NCBI GenBank assembly: GCA_018899555.1 | Contig: JAHIHZ010000023.1 | Span: 1 to 44,980, forward strand | DNA length: 44,980 nucleotides | Source: Patescibacteria group bacterium | GTDB lineage: Bacteria > Patescibacteriota > Minisyncoccia > Phycocordibacterales > 21-14-all-36-13 | Direction of reading: 5' to 3' | In this document: positions 1 through 7,683 of the stretch, one piece after another | How positions within the stretch are numbered: position 1 is the first letter of the stretch | Layout of the letters: every line of letters begins with the position of its first letter | Made by a program: the position numbers and the translations under genes | Notes under the pieces: model-generated | The model's input: only the letters and a program-made list of their open reading frames with translations | Told to the model about the DNA's origin: nothing | Databases searched by the model: none

Positions 1-1
1 A

Positions 2-1387
2 GGACTTCCAATCAATACATCTGCATCAGGAACATATACAATTAGATATAATGTTACAGACTCGGGAGGACTAATAGCGATTGAAGTAATCCGAACTGTT
101 ATAGTCCAAGACCCGGTTGTTCCTCCAGTCAATACTCGTCCAGTTATCACACTCACAGGAAGCGCGTCAATAACAATAACAAAAGGCGACGCATACACAG
201 ACGCGGGAGCTACCGCTGAAGACATTGAAGACGGAAATATAACTTCTAACATTGTTAAGACAGGAACGGTTGATACGAACACATCAGGAACATATACAAT
301 TAGATATAATGTTACAGACTCGGGAGGACTAATAGCGATTGAAGTCACAAGAACCGTCATAGTCCAAGACCCAGTTGTTCCTCCACCACCTCCACCTCCG
401 CCTCCAACCTGTGTTGGATGTGGCGGCGGGCCACTCGATATTAGGATAATTATATTTAATGAAAAAGTTACAAAGGTAAATGAAAATACGGCATTTGTAA
501 CATGGAGTACTAATTTACCGGCAACCAGTCGTGTAGCATATGGGTTAAATTCATTTAAAAACAAAACAATAGATATAAATAAAGAAGATTATGACTATGG
601 AAATACGACCGCAGAATTTACAGCATTAACAAAAACACATAGCATGTTAATAACAAATCTTGCATCTGGAGTAAAATATTATTTCAGGCCAAATTCTGAT
701 AATAGTAATTCTCCTAGAGTAATTGGTATAGAACTTGAATTACCAATAGCTCCGGTTAATGGGCAATGTAATTATTTGTTGGAGTTCTTAAAAATTGGGG
801 CAAACAATAATCCACAGGAGGTAATAAAACTCCAAAGATTTTTGAAAGATTATGAGGAGTTTGAAAATCTAGAAGTTACTGGATTCTTTGATCAAAAAAC
901 ATTTGATAATGTTTCAGAATTCCAAATTAGATATGGTTCAGATGTATTGTCTCCATGGAGACACGAAGAATCAACCGGGTTTGTTTATATAACTACAAAG
1001 AAAAAAATAAATGAAATTTATTGTCAAAGAGAATTCCCATTATCAGAGGCAGAAAAAGAGGAGATAGGAAGATTTACTGAAGAAAGAGAAAAAGTAATAC
1101 AAGAAGCTGAAAGGGAAGGACTTGAATTAGAGGATATAATTGGTAAAGCAGAAGAAAAGCCAGGAGAATCAATATTGGCCACAACTGAAGAGACAAGGGG
1201 GGTTACAGCAACACCATCTACTGTAATAACAGGAGCCAGAAACTTGGTTGCGGGGGTTGCAAAAGTATCAGGACAGGTGGTTGGTTCAATTGAGAAAGTA
1301 GCACAAGATACGGCAAGGGGTGTTTACAGGGGACTCTTAAACCTTTTTGGATTTTCTAGTAATTTCTACGAATGCGTAAATAAATAG
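2..1387 (+). CDS. 3' part of a large secreted/cell-surface protein (5' end lies outside the window): two Ig-like DUF5011-type repeats, a poly-Pro linker, an Fn3-like domain, and a PG_binding_1-like domain
   Basis: Frame 2 is open from nt 2 and continues in frame into the listed 644..1387 ORF. The translation gives GTYTIRYNVTDSGGLIAIEV.RTVIVQDPVVPP twice (86-aa period), then PPPPPPPPP, then TAFVTWSTNLPATSRVAYG...GVKYYFRP, then EVIKLQRFLKDYE..LEVTGFFDQKTFDNVSEFQIRYG. Confidence 0.75.
   Translation, partial: GLPINTSASGTYTIRYNVTDSGGLIAIEVIRTVIVQDPVVPPVNTRPVITLTGSASITITKGDAYTDAGATAEDIEDGNITSNIVKTGTVDTNTSGTYTIRYNVTDSGGLIAIEVTRTVIVQDPVVPPPPPPPPPTCVGCGGGPLDIRIIIFNEKVTKVNENTAFVTWSTNLPATSRVAYGLNSFKNKTIDINKEDYDYGNTTAEFTALTKTHSMLITNLASGVKYYFRPNSDNSNSPRVIGIELELPIAPVNGQCNYLLEFLKIGANNNPQEVIKLQRFLKDYEEFENLEVTGFFDQKTFDNVSEFQIRYGSDVLSPWRHEESTGFVYITTKKKINEIYCQREFPLSEAEKEEIGRFTEEREKVIQEAEREGLELEDIIGKAEEKPGESILATTEETRGVTATPSTVITGARNLVAGVAKVSGQVVGSIEKVAQDTARGVYRGLLNLFGFSSNFYECVNK
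24..385 (+). repeat. Intragenic direct DNA repeat: two about 104-bp copies (24-127 and 282-385), offset 258 bp = 86 codons
   Basis: catcaggaacatatacaattagatataatgttacagactcgggaggactaatagcgattgaagt ... gtccaagaccc.gttgttcctcca occurs twice with only a few substitutions. The copies encode the two Ig-like repeats. Confidence 0.9.
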
Positions 1388-1415
1388 ATTTTTCACTTAC
1401 TAATATAAAAAAAAT

Positions 1416-1449
1416 AAAAGCCAAAATCTCAATGAGATTTTGGCTTTTT
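1416..1449. terminator. Hairpin terminator between convergent genes
   Basis: The stem gccaaaatctc / gagattttggc (loop aat) is flanked by an A-run and a T-run. It sits between the stop at 1387 (+) and the stop at 1505 (-). Confidence 0.7.
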
Positions 1450-1504
1450 CGAAAACGAAAAGAACAGTTTAAAAAAGGGATGAAAAAACTCTAAATGAGT
1501 TTTT

Positions 1505-2893
1505 TCATTTGAGCAGAAGCATTTTCTGCCGGAGGAATTTATTTTCTGTTTGTAATGTATAAAAATAAATTCCACTTGGCAAACCAGTTGCATCAAAATT
1601 AATTTCATATCGGCCTATATTTTTGTATTCATTGACCAATGTAGAAACATTTTGACCAAGTGTATTGTAAACATCAATTTTGACATTACCAGCTTCCGGT
1701 AATTCATAATGAATTATAGTTGTCGGATTAAATGGATTCGGATAATTTGCCAGAAAATATTTTGTAGGCAAACTTTCATCATTAAATGATGTTATACCAA
1801 CTGTCATGAAGTTCCATGTAGGAGACCACTCACTCGCGCCGGCAGAGTTCCGCGCCCTCACACGCCAATAGTATGTTTTAGCATGTGAAAGACCAGACAC
1901 TACTACCCATCTCCAAGTTGTTGTTTTCTCGAAAACTAGTGAAGAGAAATCATCGGATGTACTTACTTGTACATCATACAGATTTTCCTCACTTGATTTG
2001 TACCACCATAATGTAACATTCAATTTTTGCCCGGTGGCATTATTTTTCGGGGACGAGAGTACGGGTGGTGCTGGAATACTTAATAAAGTCGTAAAACTCC
2101 AACTCTCGGACCACTTACCTGTTTTGATACTATCGCTAGCCACGACACGCCAGTAATATTTTGTGTTTTCATCAAGTTCTGATATCACCTGTGAGGTGGT
2201 ATCACTAACTCTGTCATGAACAAGTAGTCCATTAACCATCATTACTTGAAGACGGTAGGTTACATGTCTCCCAATAGAAGGCACGGCTTCCCATAAAAAT
2301 TTAGTCGGTATCCCGACATTCATTTTGTTATTTGTCGGCGAAACCAATGTCGGAGGATGTAGGATTGTATCAATTGTGAATAATCCAGTCGCTAATAGTT
2401 TTCCCAAATCAAAAGCGACCAAATCACCTTCAATGGGCCCGTCGTACAAGAATTTTAATTTTGCGTTGCCAGAATAAATGGACAGGTTTAAAACAATCGT
2501 GCGCCATTTCCAATTTGTAGAACCGGTAGATGTAGCTTTCCACAACTCGGTCCAACTTGTTCCACCATTAGTTGTTATTGAAATATTATATTTCATATAA
2601 GAAATGTAATATTCATTATAAGCAACATCAACTGACAAATTGGTAACACTGGTTAATGAGAATTGACTCGTTATAACCGACCCAACTTTATTTTTGTTCC
2701 ATTCTCCAAATCCAATTTTCTGTTGCTCACGAGGGAGCAAATTATTTGGATTGGTTTGATTGACTGATGGGATTTTTGTAGCATCCCATCCGCCAGTGAT
2801 TTCCCAACCCGCGGGAAATCCTTTTGTTTGCGCTTGCACACCTTGTGCAAGGAGAAACAAAACAAAAACGATAAAAGGAATTATTTTTTTCAT
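1505..2893 (-). CDS. Secreted protein with signal peptide, two Fn3-like repeats and a T9SS type-A (Por) C-terminal sorting domain
   Basis: The N-terminus MKKIIPFIVFVLFLLAQGVQA|Q is a signal peptide. Two repeats end in YYWRV..A....G.WS..W.F.T. The C-terminus NYPNPFNPTTIIHYELPEAGNVKIDVYNTLGQNVSTLVNEYKNIGRYEINFDATGLPSGIYFYTLQ matches the TIGR04183-type sorting domain. An AGGAGG RBS lies upstream. Confidence 0.8.
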   Translation of the reverse strand: MKKIIPFIVFVLFLLAQGVQAQTKGFPAGWEITGGWDATKIPSVNQTNPNNLLPREQQKIGFGEWNKNKVGSVITSQFSLTSVTNLSVDVAYNEYYISYMKYNISITTNGGTSWTELWKATSTGSTNWKWRTIVLNLSIYSGNAKLKFLYDGPIEGDLVAFDLGKLLATGLFTIDTILHPPTLVSPTNNKMNVGIPTKFLWEAVPSIGRHVTYRLQVMMVNGLLVHDRVSDTTSQVISELDENTKYYWRVVASDSIKTGKWSESWSFTTLLSIPAPPVLSSPKNNATGQKLNVTLWWYKSSEENLYDVQVSTSDDFSSLVFEKTTTWRWVVVSGLSHAKTYYWRVRARNSAGASEWSPTWNFMTVGITSFNDESLPTKYFLANYPNPFNPTTIIHYELPEAGNVKIDVYNTLGQNVSTLVNEYKNIGRYEINFDATGLPSGIYFYTLQTENKFLRQKMLLLK

Positions 2894-3045
2894 TTCACGC
2901 CTCCTGCGTATTGTTATTGATTATTTATTTATTAAAATTTCAAATATCTAAATTCAATCTTATAATATCATACTTATATAAATAGTCAACTATAAAAATA
3001 CCCCAACTAAAATCGGTAAAAAGTAATTCACATTCAATTTTATGC

Positions 3046-3188
3046 TGTGGATAACTTTTTATGATTTCCATCAAATCCCTTTATTAGAGCCATTTAAATA
3101 TGTGGATAACTATATGTGACAATGTGGGATAGAGCGGTATATACTTATAGACAAGTGGGATAAAGTGGATAAGTGGATAAGTAGATAA
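3046..3188 (+). promoter_or_regulatory. Cluster of GTGGATAA-type boxes upstream of mraZ (candidate MraZ operator and/or DnaA boxes)
   Basis: TGTGGATAA occurs at 3046-3054 and 3101-3109 (a perfect DnaA-box complement), and TGTGGGATA at 3123. The direct run GTGGGATAAAGTGGATAAGTGGATAAGTAGATAA spans 3154-3188, ending 76 nt before the mraZ ATG. Confidence 0.45.
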
Positions 3189-3263
3189 TCACTTTTATTC
3201 TTCAACTTTAAAACCTCTCAACGAGGTTTTAAAGAGGAGTGATAGATTTTAATCTCTTAAACT

Positions 3264-3698
3264 ATGCTGATAGGAGAATATACACACACAATAGATCCTA
3301 AAAAAAGACTTTCACTTCCAACAAAGTTTCGCAAAGAGTTGGGGAAGAAAGTCGTCCTTACTCATGGGTTAGATAATTGTATTTTTATTTATACCACATC
3401 CAATTGGAAAAATTTTACAAAAAAATTATCAGAACTTTCAATGGGGCAATCTGATTCCAGAAGTTTTAATAGGTTTATGCTCGCGGGGGCGAGAGAGGCA
3501 GAAATAGATGGAGCCGGAAGAATATTAATTCCAGATTTTTTGAAAGATTTTGCTAATTTGAAAAACAAAGTCGTATTGATAGGTGTCCGCGATAGGGTTG
3601 AAATTTGGAATGATAAAGCATGGGCAGAATACAAAAAAGTAATTGAAAAACAGGCAGATACATTTGCAGAGAAATTGGGAGATATAGGAATGATCTGA
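3264..3698 (+). CDS. mraZ: Transcriptional regulator MraZ
   Basis: The 144-aa product MLIGEYTHTIDPKKRLSLPTKFRKEL...RILIPDFLKDFANL has the duplicated SpoVT/AbrB-like MraZ halves. The gene is the first of the dcw-type run mraZ-rsmH-ftsL-ftsI. Confidence 0.95.
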   Translation: MLIGEYTHTIDPKKRLSLPTKFRKELGKKVVLTHGLDNCIFIYTTSNWKNFTKKLSELSMGQSDSRSFNRFMLAGAREAEIDGAGRILIPDFLKDFANLKNKVVLIGVRDRVEIWNDKAWAEYKKVIEKQADTFAEKLGDIGMI

Positions 3699-3706
3699 CA
3701 CTTCGT

Positions 3707-3746
3707 CGCAGATAAACGCAGATTCAAAACGCAGATTTACGCAGAT
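3707..3746 (+). repeat. Four phased direct CGCAGAT repeats immediately after the mraZ stop
   Basis: CGCAGAT occurs at 3707, 3717, 3730 and 3740 (spacings 10, 13 and 10 bp). Confidence 0.8.
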
Positions 3747-3789
3747 GAAAACAATGAAACAATTGAAAAATGATAAAAAATAGTAAAGA

Positions 3790-3925
3790 AAATTACAAAT
3801 CACAAGCACCAAATCACAAACAAATCATAATGAACAAAACACAAAGCACAAAACAAAAAAGTTTAGAATTTAGAAATTGTAATTTAGATATTGTTTGGAA
3901 TTTGTGATTTGATATTTGGAATTTT
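3790..3925. repeat. Imperfect long palindrome of the CACAAAT/ATTTGTG intergenic family (mraZ|rsmH spacer)
   Basis: The left arm is aaattacaaatcacaagcaccaaatcacaaacaaatc (3790-3826). The right arm, gtttagaatttagaaattgtaatttagatattgtttggaatttgtgatttgatatttggaatttt (3861-3925), abuts the rsmH ATG. Confidence 0.8.
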
Positions 3926-4834
3926 ATGACAAGACACATCCCAGTTCTTTTAAAAGAAACAATAGAAAATTTAAATTTAAAAAAAGGAGATATATTTCTT
4001 GATGCGACATTAGGTGAAGGTGGTCATTCATTTGAGATATGTAAAAAATTAGATGGAGATATCAAAATCATCGGGATAGAAGCCGATATTGACGCAATAG
4101 AAAAAGCAAAAGAAAAATTTTTGACAGATAAATACATTAAAAATTCGGATTTTGTTTTTGTAGAAGAAAATTTTAGAAATCTTGATAAGGTTTTGGATAA
4201 TTTGAAAATTGAAAATGTTGACGGAGTTTTGTTTGATTTAGGGGTTAGGTCAGGAAACTTTGAAGAATCAAACAGGGGTTTTACATTTCAGAAGGATGAA
4301 CCTCTTTTAATGACATTTTCAAAAAAGGCAGAGTCAGTTCCTTTCACAGCCGAAGAAATAATAAACGAGTGGGAAGAAAAAAATATAAAAGATGTTTTAT
4401 ACGGATATGGGGAAGAAATATTTGCAAAACAAATAGCAAAAAACATTGTTTTAAAAAGAAAAATTAAACCAATAAAAACAACTTTTGAATTAATAGAAAT
4501 AATTTCTTCTTCAGTACTTGAAAAATACAAAAATAGAAAAATACATTTTGCGACAAAGACATTTCAAGCCCTGAGAATAGCTGTAAACGATGAAGTTGGA
4601 GCATTGAAGGGTGGAATAAAAAAAGCATTTGATAGGGTAAAAAAAGGAGGAAGGATAGTGGTTATTTCATTTCATAGTATAGAAGATAGGGTCGTGAAAA
4701 TATTTTTTAAAGAAAAAGCGTTAGAGAAAAAGGGAATTTTAATAACAAAAAAACCAATTACGCCAAGTGCCGAAGAAATATCACAAAATCCTCGTTCACG
4801 AAGTGGAAAATTAAGAATTATTCAAAAAATATGA
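3926..4834 (+). CDS. rsmH: 16S rRNA (cytosine1402-N4)-methyltransferase RsmH (MraW)
   Basis: HIPVLLKETIENL, DATLGEGGHS and ISFHSIEDRVVK are present. The gene sits directly after mraZ. Confidence 0.95.
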   Translation: MTRHIPVLLKETIENLNLKKGDIFLDATLGEGGHSFEICKKLDGDIKIIGIEADIDAIEKAKEKFLTDKYIKNSDFVFVEENFRNLDKVLDNLKIENVDGVLFDLGVRSGNFEESNRGFTFQKDEPLLMTFSKKAESVPFTAEEIINEWEEKNIKDVLYGYGEEIFAKQIAKNIVLKRKIKPIKTTFELIEIISSSVLEKYKNRKIHFATKTFQALRIAVNDEVGALKGGIKKAFDRVKKGGRIVVISFHSIEDRVVKIFFKEKALEKKGILITKKPITPSAEEISQNPRSRSGKLRIIQKI

Positions 4835-5208
4835 GACAAATAGCACAAAATATAAATATGAGTTTTGGTCTCATTAATTCTATTTTAGATAAAAAATTAG
4901 TGACCAAAATTAGTAAAACAGAAAAAAGAATTTTTTGTATTGCGGTATTCCTTTTTATATTTGTGTCAATATTTTATGCATATTTTGTAAATCAAACCAT
5001 AAGAAATGTTGCTAAAAGAGAAAATATTGAAAATGAGATTAAAATGACTACTTCTAATATGGCTGAATTGGAATCGCAGTATCTTTCAGGAAAAAATAAT
5101 CTAACTTTAGATTACGCGTATTCTATTGGTTTTAAAAAAGTAAATAAAATAAACTATATATCTAAAGGAACAGGAACTAATGCTATAACATTGCATGGAG
5201 GAATCTAA
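4831..5208 (+). CDS. ftsL: FtsL-like small bitopic division protein
   Basis: The 125-aa product has one TM helix (IFCIAVFLFIFVSIFYAYFV) followed by a coiled-coil-like segment. The call rests on its position between rsmH and ftsI (ATGA overlap with rsmH) rather than on sequence motifs. Confidence 0.6.
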   Translation: MRQIAQNINMSFGLINSILDKKLVTKISKTEKRIFCIAVFLFIFVSIFYAYFVNQTIRNVAKRENIENEIKMTTSNMAELESQYLSGKNNLTLDYAYSIGFKKVNKINYISKGTGTNAITLHGGI

Positions 5209-6916
5209 TAGTTTGTTTAGAATAAGAATAATCTCCTTTTTTATTTTGGGGTTTTTTCTTGTTCTGGTTATAAGTTTATACTTTATTCAAATTGTTAATG
5301 GAGATGATTATTCTATAAAAGCAGACAAACAATATTTGCGCCCCAATGAAAATGTTTTTGATAGGGGCTCTATTTTTTTCCAAGATAAAAATGGAATTAA
5401 TGTGTCTGCCGCAACCTTAAAATTAGGTTTCATTCTTGCAATAAATCCCAAGTTAATAGACCCTTCTAAAGAACAAGAGGTCTATGAAAAATTATCTAAA
5501 TTAGTTGAAATAGATAAGGGTGATTATTTTAAAAAAGTAGTCAAAAAAACCGACCCCTATGAAGAAATAGGACAACATTTAACACCAGAAATTGCTCAAA
5601 AAATAACTGAATTAAAATTAATCGGGGTGAATGTTTATAAGGAAAGATGGAGGTTTTATCCTGGGGATAATCTGGCAAGTAATGTGATAGGTTTTATAGG
5701 ATTTCAAGGTGACGATTTAGCCGGTAGATATGGAATAGAAAATTATTACGAAAATATTTTATCTCGTAAAGATAAAAATGTTTATGTTAATTTTTTTGCA
5801 GAAATTTTTTCAGATGTGAGCGCAACGCTTGGTGATGATAACCAAAAAAGGGAAGGGAATATAGTTACGACGATAGAGCCGATGGTAGAAGGGTTTTTTG
5901 AAAAAAAACTAGAAGAAATAAATGAAAAATGGAATTCAAGAAAAACACTCGGTGTGATAATGAATCCGAAAAATGGAGAAATTTATGCAATGGGTATTTA
6001 CCCAAATTTTAATTTGAATGATTTTTCTAATGAAAAAGATGTATCAATTTTTTCAAATCCAATTGTTGAAAATGTTTTTGAAATGGGCTCTATAATGAAA
6101 CCACTTACTATGGCGTCTGGGCTAGACGCTGGTGTTGTAACGGTGGATACGGAATATGATGATAAAGGATTTTTGGTTTTGAATGGAGCAAAGATTTCAA
6201 ATTATGACGGAAAAGGTAGGGGGAAGGTTAATATGCAAGAAGTTTTAAATCAATCTTTAAACACGGGGGCTTCTTTTGTTGTAAGTAAATTGGGAAATAA
6301 AAAATTTGCAGAGTATATGAAAAATTTTGGTCTCGGTGAAGAAACGGGGATTGATTTACCGAATGAATCTGTTGGGATTATAGACAACCTGAACAGCCCG
6401 AGAGATTTGGAATATGCAACGGCATCTTTCGGACAAGGAATAGCTATAAGCCCCATAACAACAGTGAGGGCACTTTCTGCTTTATCTAATGGAGGATTAT
6501 TGGTAATGCCCCACATTGTTAAAAAGATAGAATATAAAAATGGGCTTACAAAAACAGTTCGTGGGGAAACAGAAAAAAGAGTAATAAAAAAAGAAACATC
6601 CGACGAAATTACAAGGATGCTTGTAGAAGTAGTTGATTCGGCGCTTTTGGGAGGGACGGTTAAATTAGAAAGATATAGTATCGCGGCAAAAACAGGTACG
6701 GCGCAAATACCTGATTCTGAAAATGGTGGATATTATAAAGATAGATACCTGCACTCATTTTTTGGGTATTTTCCGGCTTATGACCCAAAATTTATTATAT
6801 TCTTAATGACGATAGAACCAAAAGAAATTGGGTTTGCTTCGCATACTTTAACACAGCCATTTATTGATACTGTTAAATTTTTAATAAATTATTATGAGAT
6901 TCCCCCGGACCGATAA
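5195..6916 (+). CDS. ftsI: Class B penicillin-binding protein / peptidoglycan D,D-transpeptidase FtsI
   Basis: There is an N-terminal TM helix, SxxK (SIMK), SxN (SLN) and KTG (AKTGTA). The gene is in the dcw position after ftsL. Confidence 0.9.
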   Translation: MEESNSLFRIRIISFFILGFFLVLVISLYFIQIVNGDDYSIKADKQYLRPNENVFDRGSIFFQDKNGINVSAATLKLGFILAINPKLIDPSKEQEVYEKLSKLVEIDKGDYFKKVVKKTDPYEEIGQHLTPEIAQKITELKLIGVNVYKERWRFYPGDNLASNVIGFIGFQGDDLAGRYGIENYYENILSRKDKNVYVNFFAEIFSDVSATLGDDNQKREGNIVTTIEPMVEGFFEKKLEEINEKWNSRKTLGVIMNPKNGEIYAMGIYPNFNLNDFSNEKDVSIFSNPIVENVFEMGSIMKPLTMASGLDAGVVTVDTEYDDKGFLVLNGAKISNYDGKGRGKVNMQEVLNQSLNTGASFVVSKLGNKKFAEYMKNFGLGEETGIDLPNESVGIIDNLNSPRDLEYATASFGQGIAISPITTVRALSALSNGGLLVMPHIVKKIEYKNGLTKTVRGETEKRVIKKETSDEITRMLVEVVDSALLGGTVKLERYSIAAKTGTAQIPDSENGGYYKDRYLHSFFGYFPAYDPKFIIFLMTIEPKEIGFASHTLTQPFIDTVKFLINYYEIPPDR

Positions 6917-7000
6917 AAGCAATAAGGCGATAAAGCAAGAAAACAAAAAATCAAGAAAGTAAAATAATAATTTAAAATTAGGAAATTAAAATTCTTTTTG

Positions 7001-7120
7001 TTCTCTTTGTTGTACCGTTCGTACGAACCGCCCACTAGAAAAGTGAAGCAGTTCACTTTTTATTTTTTTTTATTTTCTCTCTATTCTCTTTGTTGTACCG
7101 TTCGTACGAACCGCCCACTA
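7001..7120. repeat. Perfect 37-bp direct repeat (7001-7037 and 7084-7120)
   Basis: ttctctttgttgtaccgttcgtacgaaccgcccacta occurs twice, 83 bp apart. It contains the 12-bp palindrome gttcgtacgaac. Confidence 0.9.
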
Positions 7121-7374
7121 AAAAATAAATAAATTTACTTTTTCTTAACGCTTTCTTTTTAAAAACTTTGTTTTTAAAAAACCCGGGGTTTTAAATTACT
7201 TCGCAATATATAAAACCCTCACAAAGCTAAAAAAGTAAATAAATTTACTTTTTCTTAACGCTTTCTTTTTAAAAACTTTGTTTTTAAAAAACCCGGGGTT
7301 TTAAATTACTTCGCAATATATAAAACCCTCACAAAGCTAAAAAAGTAAATAAATTTACTTTTTCTTAACGCTTT
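7119..7374. repeat. 110-bp tandem repeat, about 2.3 copies, abutting the 3' end of tRNA-Glu
   Basis: The unit aaaaaagtaaataaatttactttttcttaacgctttctttttaaaaactttgtttttaaaaaacccggggttttaaattacttcgcaatatataaaaccctcacaaagct starts at about 7119 and 7229, with a partial copy at 7339-7374. Each unit carries the hairpin aaaaagtaaa/tttacttttt. Confidence 0.9.
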
Positions 7375-7375
7375 G

Positions 7376-7447
7376 TGACCCCACAGAGAATTGAACTCTG
7401 ATTTCCGCCTTGAGAAGGCGATGTCCTAACCGTTAGACGATAGGGCC
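7376..7447 (-). tRNA. tRNA-Glu (anticodon CUC), no encoded CCA
   Basis: The minus strand reads GGCCCTA TC GTCT AACGGTT AGGAC A TCGCC TTCTCAA GGCGG AAAT CAGAG TTCAATT CTCTG TGGGGTC A. This is a full cloverleaf with GG in the D-loop and a TTCAA T-loop. Its architecture closely parallels E. coli tRNA-Glu. Confidence 0.85.
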
Positions 7448-7683
7448 AATAATTTTTCTATAGCCGATCTACTTTTCCATTTTTTTATTTGACTTTCACG
7501 CTTTCGAGCTTCTGATAATGTGTCATATTTTTCAATATGCATCAGTGTCCATGGTCTGCTATTTTTAGTACTTTTTACTTTGCCAGAATTATGATAATTA
7601 ATTCTACTTATTATGCTATTCGTTGCTCCTATATAGTATTTACCATTTTTTACAGATTTTAATATGTAAATATAAAACATCAT
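7426..7683 (-). CDS. Small GIY-YIG nuclease family protein (COG2827/UPF0213-like)
   Basis: MMFYIYILKSVKNGKYYIGATNSIISRINYHNSGKVKSTKNSRPWTLMHIEKY.....ARKRESQIKKWKSR carries the GIY..YIG, R..H and E motifs. The last 7 codons and the TAG stop lie inside the tRNA-Glu 5' region. Confidence 0.85.
   Translation of the reverse strand: MMFYIYILKSVKNGKYYIGATNSIISRINYHNSGKVKSTKNSRPWTLMHIEKYDTLSEARKRESQIKKWKSRSAIEKLLALSSNG

Noticed and set aside
2671-2951. Short ORFs nested in or antisense to confident genes (2671..2865, 2760..2951, 3389..3727, 3525..3812, 4288..4530, 6250..6516, 10070..11372 set, 11917..12257, 12553..13061, 13496..13879, 14732..15052, 16095..16316, 16776..16994, 17584..17844, 18164..18529, 20819..21025, 21875..22498, 23724..23981, 24397..24820, 26021..26899, 28683..28922, 32467..33106, 33465..34633, 37782..38117, 39775..40071, 40767..41180, 41438..41644, 41914..42102, 7981..8434, 9302..9493)
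   Set aside because: Each overlaps a longer ORF with clear family motifs, or lies in repeat spacers. Their low-complexity, Phe/Leu/Ile/Ser-rich translations are typical of antisense frames in AT-rich DNA.
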